Virus record (IMG/VR): IMGVR_UViG_3300020021_000010
Span: 1-59,410 of that record
From: a virus
Taxonomy: Duplodnaviria > Caudoviricetes
Reading direction: 5' to 3' (one strand)
DNA: 59,410 nt
A program made the translations under genes and the position numbers. The notes beneath the pieces are model-generated. The model saw nothing but the letters and a program-made list of their open reading frames with translations, made no database searches and had not been told where the DNA came from. Every line of letters begins with the position of its first letter. The first letter of the stretch is position 1. Positions 17,947-27,485 of this stretch are shown piece after piece.

Positions 17947-19065
17947 TCAGAAGTGTTCGACTGGGACCATTCCGGCCCCGCTGACCACGGCTATCCCTGA
18001 CGGGTATCTGCCTGTGATCGCCGCTGCGTATCGGTGCATCTGGATACGTGCCTGCATCGTTCCCGACCCCGGCTCCATCATGACCCGGGTGATTGGGTCG
18101 GATTCGAGTAGCAGGAGATCCTGGGGGACGCAGAGAACGATCGGTACTTCTCCGCCTTTGGTGCTGGACATTGCGTCAGTGAGGTATGCGTTGATCCCAA
18201 CCAGCGAGCCGATGGGGAACATGCTCCCCACGTTGTCCGTCACGAGGAGCGGACGTTCTTGGGTGTCCTCCGCTGTGCCGATCCACGCCCAGCGAGACGT
18301 GCTTAGGAGCCATGCCTGCGGCGGCACTTTGCGCTTGTTACCGACAGCGGCCATTGCCTGTCCAAGGATCGGGTAAAGGGTGGTGCCTTTCGCTGGACCC
18401 GCGTAGCTGATTTCCGTTCGTCCGGGGACGTTGGAAAGCCCGAGGATCTGGCCGGCGCCGGAGCCGGCGAGGAGCTGGCGCTCCAGTTCTTCGTCATAGC
18501 CAGCCTGCAGGGTGGAGAAGATCACCCAGTCCAGGTGTGCTCCTTGCGGGGACTGCTCTAGGAGTTGCTGGGGTACGTCCTCGGTGCCGTCGATCGTCAC
18601 GACGGGGTTTTCGTTCGCCGTTCCAGCAAGGTCGGTATCGGGGCTGTCGGAGTCGATCGGAGATGGGCCGGTGTCCGTGCTGGATGTCAGGACGGGCACG
18701 TTGATGGACTGAGCACCCCGAGGGAGGGGGACCTTCGGAAGGAGGCGCGCAAGCACCTGTGCGGGACGGGGGATGTCCGCGAACCGCTCGATCAGCCACA
18801 GCGGGGGTGCGAAATACCCGCCCGAGCCGGGGGTCCAGTTGGCGCGAACCTCGAAGTCGTACTCGTCGCCACGCCCGTCTATCGCGGTGCCGAACACCGC
18901 CTCAAGCTCCACTCCCGCACGCTCGGCCCGATACTCCACGGCATGCCTCTGCAGCCTAGCCTCAGCCTCCTCGTTACGTTCGATCTGGGCTTGGTAGAGG
19001 TCCTGGAAGTAGCTGTGCTCCCCACCCCGGTGATAGGTCCGCTTCTCGATCACGGTGAGGGTCAT
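17947..19065 (-). CDS. Second HK97-fold capsid protein (paralogue)
   Basis: GGYFAPPLWLI, PLPRG.QSINVP.LT, LLEQSP, WLL...RW.W...D...RPL shared with the major capsid. Confidence 0.85.
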   Translation of the reverse strand: MTLTVIEKRTYHRGGEHSYFQDLYQAQIERNEEAEARLQRHAVEYRAERAGVELEAVFGTAIDGRGDEYDFEVRANWTPGSGGYFAPPLWLIERFADIPRPAQVLARLLPKVPLPRGAQSINVPVLTSSTDTGPSPIDSDSPDTDLAGTANENPVVTIDGTEDVPQQLLEQSPQGAHLDWVIFSTLQAGYDEELERQLLAGSGAGQILGLSNVPGRTEISYAGPAKGTTLYPILGQAMAAVGNKRKVPPQAWLLSTSRWAWIGTAEDTQERPLLVTDNVGSMFPIGSLVGINAYLTDAMSSTKGGEVPIVLCVPQDLLLLESDPITRVMMEPGSGTMQARIQMHRYAAAITGRYPSGIAVVSGAGMVPVEHF

Positions 19066-20474
19066 CGTCCGGCCGCCAGTCGCCGCGCGCGAGCCCTAAG
19101 CGCATAGTTGACCGGGACGAGCACGGTGGAGCTACCCGGCGCCTCAGCGGCGCGTTCCGTCGCGTCCGGGTTGGGAACGCCCATCAGCTCGGCGAGTAAC
19201 GGCTGGGCCTCGTCGACCGCCTCATCGGCAGACGCGACGAGATTCAGAACGCTGGAGAGCACCTCCATATTGGAAGCGCTGATCGACTTTCCGGCACGAT
19301 CCTCCTCCGCGAGGAGCGTGTAGTCCCGCCATTCAACCCAAGCCTCGATGAAAGCGTCCGCGCCGTACCCGCGAAGGGCGTGGATAGCCTCCTCTGCGTG
19401 GCGTAGGGTCGCGGAGGTTGTTGGTGAGGCGCCGTAGGTGACGATTGACACGTCCCCCCTGTGAATGTCGGCGGCCTTCACATCTCTTTGCAGGTAGTCA
19501 TCGGACCAGTCGTCGTCCGTGCAGCGGAAGGCGAAGCTCATCTCCCGCAGGTCTCCGCGGCGCATCTTCGGGATCAGGCGTTGAACGTCGGGGTCGTCTA
19601 GGGCTAGGTCTGCGTTGACTTTTAGGCCGACAACACCCTCTTCTCGAAGAATGAGCGTGCCCGAGCTGGTCCTGGCGAGCGGCAAATCCTCGTGTTCCAT
19701 GCGGAGAACACAGTCAAGCTCCGGGTTTTTCAGACTGCGCTTGAAGGCGGAGGGCAAGATCCGCTCTTCATACGGCCCGATGTCGTATTTTCGGTTGAAA
19801 ACAGAGGCGTAGCCTTCGAACACCTTGACGCCTTCCTTCTCATCGCTGTCACGCAGCTCGAAATCCTCGATCGGAAGGGTGCGGATCTCTCTCTCGCCGC
19901 GCTTCGGTAGCCGAGCCTTCCGCCGCTCGAGGGAGCGCGTATAGCGAGCGCGATGCTGCGCGGTGACCTTCGGCGCGGAGTTTTCCTGAACGCCGGAGCC
20001 GTTGCAGTCGGGGCATCCGGTCGTTTCGCCCTTGATCTTGCCGGTTCCGTCACAGGTCGTGCATTCCTTTTGCGCGGCTCGTTCGATGTAGCCCGTGATC
20101 GGCCGGACCTTCGCCGAGTCGCCGAGTTCGATCTTGCCGTCATCATCAGATGAAAATGGGGCCGCGAGTAGATCCTCGCCGACCTGGTAGATGACGCGGT
20201 AGCCGTCGTTGTCTTCGCCGTCCCAGTCCTGCACCCATGTGTACCTATCCGGGTAGGCGTCCTGGACGGCGCCTTCCAGCGCAGTGAACAAGTCCTTGGC
20301 GGTTTCGCGCTTCTCAGACACGCCCGCGTCATCCCAAGCGTCAGGTATGAGGTCGGAGAGCCCAAGCGTCCGAGCGTCCTCGATGGCGCGTAGGCGTGTG
20401 TCGTTGGTGCCTGTTCGGCCCGCGCGGATAGCTCTCTTCAGCCGGTACTCGCCGGAAAGGTCGGTCTTGGTCAT
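19062..20474 (-). CDS. HK97-type prohead protease with N-terminal extensions incl. CxxCxGxG zinc finger
   Basis: FEGYASVFN, EH, LART.SGTL.L, MSFAF, DVSIVTYGA.P.T motifs. Confidence 0.9.
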   Translation of the reverse strand: MTKTDLSGEYRLKRAIRAGRTGTNDTRLRAIEDARTLGLSDLIPDAWDDAGVSEKRETAKDLFTALEGAVQDAYPDRYTWVQDWDGEDNDGYRVIYQVGEDLLAAPFSSDDDGKIELGDSAKVRPITGYIERAAQKECTTCDGTGKIKGETTGCPDCNGSGVQENSAPKVTAQHRARYTRSLERRKARLPKRGEREIRTLPIEDFELRDSDEKEGVKVFEGYASVFNRKYDIGPYEERILPSAFKRSLKNPELDCVLRMEHEDLPLARTSSGTLILREEGVVGLKVNADLALDDPDVQRLIPKMRRGDLREMSFAFRCTDDDWSDDYLQRDVKAADIHRGDVSIVTYGASPTTSATLRHAEEAIHALRGYGADAFIEAWVEWRDYTLLAEEDRAGKSISASNMEVLSSVLNLVASADEAVDEAQPLLAELMGVPNPDATERAAEAPGSSTVLVPVNYALRARARRLAAGR

Positions 20475-20496
20475 CCGCTGCCTCCTTTGGCAGGCG

Positions 20497-21756
20497 CTAC
20501 GTGAAAGGCTCCGGAGGGGCTACCTCCGGTGGCTCGTCCTTTGCCGCCTTCGCGGCTTCAACTTCCTCAAGTGCTTTTTCGAGCAGCTCCGTGTTGATGG
20601 GCACGAACGGCTTTTTGCCTTCGCCGTTCGGGAGCGCCGGCCGGTCGAACAGCTCGCTGCGAATCTCATCCGCGACCGCGAGGCCCGCGAGCATTTGCAG
20701 GGACCCGGACTGGGAGCGCTCAAGCGTGTCCCCCCGCAGTCGATGGCTCAGGTCCACGACCGCGTACTGCTTCGGCGGGTGGAGGGCGGTCATCATCTCT
20801 TCGAAGCGCCCGGTGTAGTCCTGCAACGTGTTCCGCGTGTAGCCGAGCTCCTGCTGCTCCACGCCCCTACCCCAGGATGTGGTCTTGTCGACCAGGCCGA
20901 CCATGTGCGGGGGGACGCGCATGATCGTGCCGCTGATCTCCACGGCCGAATAGCCGCGAGCTTCGAGGAACTGTGAATCCTCGGGGGTGATAGTGATCGG
21001 CTTGAACTTCGCACCACCTGTCAGGACGGCGGGGAGGTTCGCCTTCCCGACTCCCTGGTGTTTCGCCATCCAGCTACGAGCGAGCGCTTCGGTCTCCGTC
21101 TGATCGAGGCTCGCATCCGTCTCGATCGCGCCCGAGGGGAACGCGGAGTTACGGAAGAAGCTCTCGCCGTAACGGGTCGTCTCAAGCGACAGCCCGAAAG
21201 TAAGTCGGAGCGCCTCGATCGGGTTGACGCCCTTCAGCATCCCCGGCATCGAGATCATCTTGACGTGGACGACATCGTCCAGCGGGACGAGCTTGCCGAA
21301 GAACCGGTATTCCAGCTTCCCGGAGTAATCCCGGCGCACCTTGACCTCATCGGCCGGTATCGGCTTGACCTGGGTGGCGTACAGATCCCGGTCACGCTCG
21401 ATGATCTGGCCGTAGAAATTGCCCCTCAAAGCGAGCGAAGCGACGAACTGAACGATCCACTCGAGCCGGCTGATCTCCGCGTACGGTTTCGTCATCAGCG
21501 GCGAGAGCGGGAGTTGCCTCGCCTTGCTCGGAATGTCATCATTGACCAGCCGCAGGGGGGCAGTGGCGACCGAGCTGGAGAGCAGCCCGACGCATCCGTA
21601 TACCGCCGCGATCTGGAGAGCGGAGGCGGTCGTGACGACACCCCCACCCCACCCTGCCGGTGGTGGTGGAGCCGTCGTCGGACCCCATTCCTGCGCTCCA
21701 CTGACAGCGCGCATCTCCCGATTGCCCTGCGGTGTGGCTACTACATGGCCGGACAT
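20497..21756 (-). CDS. Portal protein (HK97 family)
   Basis: AVYGCV.LLS..VA, L.LRGNFY, FF.N.A.PSG, QFLE.R, RVPPHMVG motifs. Confidence 0.92.
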   Translation of the reverse strand: MSGHVVATPQGNREMRAVSGAQEWGPTTAPPPPAGWGGGVVTTASALQIAAVYGCVGLLSSSVATAPLRLVNDDIPSKARQLPLSPLMTKPYAEISRLEWIVQFVASLALRGNFYGQIIERDRDLYATQVKPIPADEVKVRRDYSGKLEYRFFGKLVPLDDVVHVKMISMPGMLKGVNPIEALRLTFGLSLETTRYGESFFRNSAFPSGAIETDASLDQTETEALARSWMAKHQGVGKANLPAVLTGGAKFKPITITPEDSQFLEARGYSAVEISGTIMRVPPHMVGLVDKTTSWGRGVEQQELGYTRNTLQDYTGRFEEMMTALHPPKQYAVVDLSHRLRGDTLERSQSGSLQMLAGLAVADEIRSELFDRPALPNGEGKKPFVPINTELLEKALEEVEAAKAAKDEPPEVAPPEPFT

Positions 21757-21974
21757 CAGGCGATGATCTGTTTCCACAGCACCTGGCTGCGTTCGACCTC
21801 AACATGCCCTGAGACCTCGACGGGGTTGGCGCCTTCGCCAGTGACGAGCCTTGGGGCCCAGATGATCAGATCCGTGCGGTTTTTCCCCGCAAGAACACCC
21901 TCGATCGTCGGCCCGTCCTTCACGTACAGGCGGACCTTGCAGTTGCGGTTGGAGAACGGGTTGCGAAACAGCAT
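21756..21974 (-). CDS. Small Sm/LSm-like hypothetical protein
   Basis: 72 aa beta pattern (V.L..KDG.TIEGVL...VEVERSQV.W.Q), coupled to portal. Confidence 0.5.
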   Translation of the reverse strand: MLFRNPFSNRNCKVRLYVKDGPTIEGVLAGKNRTDLIIWAPRLVTGEGANPVEVSGHVEVERSQVLWKQIIA

Positions 21975-21995
21975 GCGCCGTCTCCTCTCGCAGGT

Positions 21996-22250
21996 CTAGA
22001 AATGAACGATGTGAGCGAGTGCTACATGCACATCGTTCGCCAGCTCGACGAACCCAGCCTTAGCCGCTCCAACGGCGCTGAGTACGTCCTCGCGGACCAT
22101 CTCCACCTTCAAGCCCTCGCCCGTCGTGAGGTGGAGGGTCGTCTGGGGTGGCGTGGCCCGCTCCAGTGGTGTCTCCGCACGCGGTTCTGTCGGGTCGGTG
22201 ACGGGCTCGAAAGCGCCGGCCTCCTGCTTCTGGGTAGCAACATCAGCCAT
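21996..22250 (-). CDS. Hypothetical protein
   Basis: AAAGGAG RBS before MADVATQ. Confidence 0.55.
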   Translation of the reverse strand: MADVATQKQEAGAFEPVTDPTEPRAETPLERATPPQTTLHLTTGEGLKVEMVREDVLSAVGAAKAGFVELANDVHVALAHIVHF

Positions 22251-22316
22251 TTGGGCTCCTTTGCTTCGAGGGTTGAGGTGTCGTGCGTCTTGCAACGACA
22301 CCCTTGGAAACTTGGG

Positions 22317-23852
22317 TTAGAGGGTTCCTTCGCGCTCCATGCGCGCGGCGATCTCGTTGAGGTCGATCACCTCCGGCTTTGCCGGCGCGCCAAGCGTGAC
22401 AAGCCCCCAGTGCGCCAGGGTGACCGTGACCAATGGGCTGATGTCGATACCGGAGTTCTGCCTCGACCATGCCCATGCATCGCCGAGGGGCCGCTTTATG
22501 GCGCCGCGGATCGCCTCCAGGAGGTCCGGCTCGTTCAGATGGCGGATCGTGCCTTGCTCAACACCGTCGAAGAGCATCCCGCACGCTTGGGCGTGCTCCT
22601 TCGCGTTCACGACCGTGATTTCCCCGTCCTTCAACGTGCCGAGCAGGTCGCCGTGTTCGGACTCGCGCAGCGCCTTCGTCAACTCGGGGAGAAGGGTTGC
22701 CGCCGGGCCGCTCGCGTCAAGGATTACGGCTGTCGGCTTGTGCATCCAGACGAGTTCGACGACACGGCCGACGACCCATCCGGTGCCACGCCTGTGCTCG
22801 ACCATCTCCAGATGCATCTTCCCGTCACCCCGGACCCCGGCGGTCCCAACCGCGGACTTCGAGCGGTCGGGGGTCACGTCGACCGCGAAGCAAACCCGTC
22901 CGGAAGCCTCGGACCGAAGGTCGGCGAGAGCGGTCCACTTCTCCGGCGCGATCACAACACCGTCCAAGCCATCCGTCCGGGGCCACTTACCGACCCCGAG
23001 ACGCTCAACAGCGAACGCTCTCGCAGACATCGACCGCTGCTCCTTCGCCACATAGTCCAGGGAGATACGGATTCCCAGCGCCGGGTTCGCTTCGGCCCAC
23101 CGCTCAGGGTCAGTCGCCATCTCAGGCGTGACCTTCTCGGGACTCTCAGCGTCGACCGAGTGCTCGCCGTAGACGAGCGACGGGTCACTCTGGTCAATCG
23201 CCCGCTCCCGCAACCGCGCGAGCACCACGCCATCATGCGCCGGGTCTTCCTCGTCTGCCGCTGAGCCCGTGTACCAAACCTGTGGGTTCGGCCGGGCCGA
23301 CAACGTCGGCATCAAGGTCCCGTGGAACGCCTGCGGCAGGATCATCGCCTCATCTAGGTAAAGGTCATCGCAGGAGAACCCACGACCACCAGAACCGGTG
23401 CGGGGACGAAACCTGAGCCTTGGAGCCAGCCCAGTCTTCGGATGGCGATGCAGGAGGATTTCCTCACTGCCCTTCCCGCGCGTGATTTTCCGGGTGCGCC
23501 GTGAAAACTCCGGGGTGCCTTCGATCAAGGACTCAAGGCGCAGAAACTGCTCAAGCGACGTGTCCGCGATATGCGCCGAGTGGATCTGCAGCGGCGATTC
23601 GAACAGGAACATCCCGCCCAGCTGCCGGGCCTCCAGCTCTCCGTTCTTCCCGTTCTGCCGAGCGGCGACCAAAGCAACCTCAAGCGCAGCCCAAAGCCCC
23701 GACTCCGTTTCCCCAACCGCAGCGATCAGATGCCGCTGCTGCCATTCGTCAAGCTCCAGCCCAGCGAGCCTCGCGAGGTCGATCAGTTCCGGCCCCGAAG
23801 AAGATGCGTACCGGGGAGCCCAGAAAATCCTAGCTTGTTGCGCTCCCCGCAC
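22317..23852 (-). CDS. terL: Terminase large subunit (start approximate)
   Basis: Walker A ARQNGK, Walker B LYLDEA, ANPALG, nuclease-domain AVDV and DISP motifs. Confidence 0.9.
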   Translation of the reverse strand: MRGAQQARIFWAPRYASSSGPELIDLARLAGLELDEWQQRHLIAAVGETESGLWAALEVALVAARQNGKNGELEARQLGGMFLFESPLQIHSAHIADTSLEQFLRLESLIEGTPEFSRRTRKITRGKGSEEILLHRHPKTGLAPRLRFRPRTGSGGRGFSCDDLYLDEAMILPQAFHGTLMPTLSARPNPQVWYTGSAADEEDPAHDGVVLARLRERAIDQSDPSLVYGEHSVDAESPEKVTPEMATDPERWAEANPALGIRISLDYVAKEQRSMSARAFAVERLGVGKWPRTDGLDGVVIAPEKWTALADLRSEASGRVCFAVDVTPDRSKSAVGTAGVRGDGKMHLEMVEHRRGTGWVVGRVVELVWMHKPTAVILDASGPAATLLPELTKALRESEHGDLLGTLKDGEITVVNAKEHAQACGMLFDGVEQGTIRHLNEPDLLEAIRGAIKRPLGDAWAWSRQNSGIDISPLVTVTLAHWGLVTLGAPAKPEVIDLNEIAARMEREGTL

Positions 23853-24279
23853 GACGACGCGCGCGCTCTTTCGCGAGTTCGTCGAGCCCGTCCGCGTCCT
23901 GCTCCTGCTCCGGCGCGAGCTCGCGTAGTCGATCAAGGGTGTCACGCATCTCCCGCGCGCACATCGACTTCGATGTCGCAGAGTTGTAGGGGTGCTCAAT
24001 CTCGAAGGCGAGAGCAACCGCCGAAGCAGCCAAAGCCGAGTCGCCCAACTCCCGGTCGCGGTCGCGGATCGAATCCACGTCACGCTCAGCCGCCTCAACG
24101 ACCGCGGTTCGCTTCGCGGCCCCCAGACCGTCGGGGAATAAATCCTCTGCGGCCTCGGTCGGCATGACGATCAACGTCATTCCCGCCCGGGCCGCCACGC
24201 TCACGACCCTCCCACCAAGGTCGGCAAGGTCAACCGCAGGCCTAGCGGACTTGCGTTTCGATTTGGCCGCAGTCACCAC
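23830..24279 (-). CDS. terS: Terminase small subunit
   Basis: Helical protein upstream of terL with C-terminal D.LDEL...R.RR. Confidence 0.7.
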   Translation of the reverse strand: MVTAAKSKRKSARPAVDLADLGGRVVSVAARAGMTLIVMPTEAAEDLFPDGLGAAKRTAVVEAAERDVDSIRDRDRELGDSALAASAVALAFEIEHPYNSATSKSMCAREMRDTLDRLRELAPEQEQDADGLDELAKERARRRAGSATS

Positions 24280-24533
24280 GCCCTCGATTTCCGACGCCTC
24301 ACCCGCGCATGACGTTTGTTGCGCTCAGCAACATTGCAGCCCGCGTGTTCCGGACCCGCATAGCCACCATTCCGATGGTCATGCCCAAGATGCCACTTCG
24401 ACCCCGGCGCGATCCACCGCCCGCAAGTCGGGTTGACACAGAAACCGCCGCCGGCATCCACCACCCGGGCAACCCGCTCGCGCTCCCGCTGATGATCTTT
24501 CCCGTAGCCCCGATCGGCCGTGCTCGCACGCAA
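24273..24533 (-). CDS. Terminase-associated HNH endonuclease
   Basis: RGYG..HQR.R, C...CG..I, WHLGH, GPEH..CN. Confidence 0.8.
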   Translation of the reverse strand: MRASTADRGYGKDHQRERERVARVVDAGGGFCVNPTCGRWIAPGSKWHLGHDHRNGGYAGPEHAGCNVAERNKRHARVRRRKSRAW

Positions 24534-24889
24534 CGCTCTCGGCCTCCAGTCAGCTTAACGCGATCAGTGGGGGGGAGTTTGACCTGATGCGGGTCAGCAA
24601 GATCCCGCTTGGACTTTTGCGGGTGGCGCGGTGGCCTGAAGGCGAGTCGTTTGTAGCGCCTGACGGTGCTCTAGCGGCTCGTGTGGCGCTGCTTTGCCCT
24701 CCGCCTACCGGGGACGCCGTGCGAACCCTGCCGCCACCCACGGACGCCTTCGGCAGCTCGATCACTGCTGCGCTTCCCGTCCATGCGGTTCAGCGGTAGC
24801 TCTTACCATGTGCCCGACGTATTCAGGTTCGATCCGTGGTGGCCCAAGCCGTGGCGCCACATGGCGAAGCCACTGGGCTAGTAGATGCC

Positions 24890-26884
24890 TCATCGCTCCC
24901 GTGTCCTCGGCAGCGTCAACAGGTCGTCTCGACAGCTCTCGACGAGTCCTTTGAGATCTAGGTCGACCTCGCGATGTGCGTGATCGTCCACATCAGCGAG
25001 GAACTCGACCAGGCGCTCGAAGTGCGGAAGCTCGGTGACACTGAGCTCGTACTTGACGTGGGTAGCCACATCGCCTCCCTGAAGGTTTACGCCGCGATTC
25101 ACGCTCGCGGCGAAGGCCAGCAGTCCTCTGCCCGGATAGGGCTAGCTAGCTCAAGATCAAGATTTGCCGTGAAGCTGAGTCCACGGCAGGCCGGCCACGG
25201 TTCTCGGTTACTTGCCGATTCGCGCTCATCTAAGGACGATGTGTTCCGAACATCAATGAGCGCGCGATGCTCAAGTCAGCAGCACGGTCTATCCGCTCGA
25301 GCACGTCCAGCTCGAAGCCCGTGAGGGGCAATTTGGCGATCTCAAGATCGGCCTGTTCCTCGGCGAGGTCCATCGCGCGAAGCAGATCGTCCGACAGCGG
25401 GAAGCTTTCGACCCTGTAGTCGCTCACGCCGCTTTCCTAGCTGGCCGTTCGCCGGGGATCGCACGTCCACACTTCGCGCAGTCGCCTTCGACCAAGCCGA
25501 AGGGACGGTCGCATTCGCAGGCCTGTGCGACTGGAGCAACGGGGTTGCGCTTCGCCTCGGCGACTTGCGCGCGCTTCATGCAGTCCTCACACACGCATCC
25601 GCTGGTGTAGCCATGGCAGGAGCTTGCCGGTGGATCTACGACGCGAAGCTGGCCGTCCTGCGCGACGACCGCGCAACCGTGCTTGCCGTATGCCGGCAGA
25701 AGGATCTTGACCGTCATACGCATCCTCCCCCGGCTTTGGCTGCCTGCCGCGTCTAGAACGTCTGCGAACAGGGGCTTGCCACGTCTTGGTCCATATTCTA
25801 TATCAGGTCGTCGGACGGAACCTCGTCTATTCGCTCGACGGCGCCGGGAAGAACTCCGATTGCTGTCCCGTCGAGCTGGATGACCTTGAGTTCGGCGTCG
25901 CTGTCGCGCGCGAACTGAAGTCCCGCCTCGATTGCCTCCCGGGTGGTTCTCGTGAGCACATCCGCCGCGCCAACCATCCTCAGAACCAGCGTCACAGGTG
26001 CCGGATCGACAACGACGGTCAGCGTGCGCCAGCCCTCCCCGTCTTCGTGGATCTCCACGGGCACGCCGAGCATCAGTTCGGCGTCCTGCTGGATTGTCTT
26101 TCGCAGGTGCTCGGACGCCTCCCTACCGGCGTACTTCGCGCTGATCGCGTCGTTGACCTCGCGTAGCTGCTGCTCGGTGACTTGCCTCATGCCGAAGACG
26201 TCCTGCGGCTCGCGGGATGCTTGACCGAGCCGTCCAGAGCTGCGATGTCCCTAGCCCCTATCTTCGTGAGGATCGTGCCTTGTCGCACACGCCAACCCAC
26301 CTCGACCGTGACGCCCGGCATCGCGCGGACGTCGGCGAGCTCCTCGTCGGTGAACGGCTCCAGGTTCTCTGCGCGCCGCACCGCCTCCAGGTAGGTCATC
26401 GCATGATCGTCCCGTGGGGCCAGGGCGTCCAGCGCCCGCTTGACAGCCCGGTTTCGCACCTCCGCCACGGCGTGGGTCTCGTCGTCGTAGCCATCGGGCT
26501 TCGGTCTATACTTGCCCTCGTCGTAGTCGGCGAAGTTCACGCCCTCGTCGAACAGCGCCTCCAGGGCTTTGATCCTGTGATCGCTCATGCCGCTTTCCTT
26601 TCTAGGCGCCCGAACTCGCGAGCCAGATCCCTGCATATGGCGAACGCTGCGAGATCGTGGTCTGCCCGCTCGATGAACTGAGCTGTCACGGGGCAGATAG
26701 CGATCATGTCGCGTCGCCATGCCACCACGTAGCACTCCAGGGGACCATAAGAACGCTGCCCGAGCACCCGTGCTGCCTCAGACGGCAAATCAGTCGCGTC
26801 CCCGTAGAGCGCGATTCGGTCGCACTCGACCTGCCCCATTGCACGAGCCTCGTCAAGTCGCCTCTGGAAGTTCTCAACGCTCAT
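24890..26884 (-). other. Run of small coupled hypothetical genes (24890-25069, 25230-25427, 25424-25723, 25798-26190, 26187-26588, 26585-26884)
   Basis: Mostly overlapping ATGA/GTGA junctions, several ending in ..AA as is common for phage early genes; one has a HG...GC.C..C motif. Confidence 0.55.
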
Positions 26885-27438
26885 GCCGCACGGCCCAGGA
26901 TACGCCGAACCGTACTCTTCGGCAGCTTCGTTATCGCAGCTATCTGCCGCTCTCTCATGTGCTGTCCAGCTAGCTCCAGGACACGCGCGCGCTGCTTCTC
27001 CGGTGGCAGCTTCTCCTCGTCCGGGATGACGCTCGCTTTCAGCCAAGCGCGTCTCACAAGCGACGGCGTGACGCGGCAGTGCATCGCCACCTCGTCCACG
27101 GTCCATCCCTCGCGGCACTTCTTCGCGATCCGCGCTTCGAGATCCGCCATGCTCTCGCCTGTGACCTGCCCGTTTGTGGCTTTCCGGTAGCTGCCGAGAT
27201 CCTTCCTCGCCGCCGTGAAGATCGCTTCCTGGGCTTCCTCGCTGAAAGCACCGTTCCAGCGGCCTAGCCAGTAGACGTGCATCGGCATCTCGCTCCCACC
27301 GTCCAAGCGGGCACCGGGAGGAGGCTTAGAATCCGCCACACCGCCTGCTCCGGTCGGTGAGTAGTTCGTGATTGATCCGCCTGCGACCATCTCCATTTCG
27401 CAGAGCACCTGACGGAAGCTGTCCTCGAGTTCGCTCAT
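26881..27438 (-). CDS. Double-HTH transcription regulator (possible late activator)
   Basis: Two HTH motifs (GWTVDEVAMHCRVTPSLVRR; MRERQIAAITKLPKSTVRRIL) near the end of the early operon. Confidence 0.65.
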   Translation of the reverse strand: MSELEDSFRQVLCEMEMVAGGSITNYSPTGAGGVADSKPPPGARLDGGSEMPMHVYWLGRWNGAFSEEAQEAIFTAARKDLGSYRKATNGQVTGESMADLEARIAKKCREGWTVDEVAMHCRVTPSLVRRAWLKASVIPDEEKLPPEKQRARVLELAGQHMRERQIAAITKLPKSTVRRILGRAA

Positions 27439-27485
27439 CTACTCCCCCTTGGTTGGTGATTCGAGTGTCCGAAATGGCATCAGGG

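Noticed and set aside
22002-23264. Long plus-strand ORFs (also 464-1324, 21058-21999, 51064-52056 etc.)
   Set aside because: Antisense shadows of motif-supported minus-strand genes in GC-rich DNA
24820-24850. tRNA fragment (GGTTCGATCC)
   Set aside because: T-stem pairs poorly, no D or anticodon arms; region is explained by a coupled 43-aa minus-strand ORF
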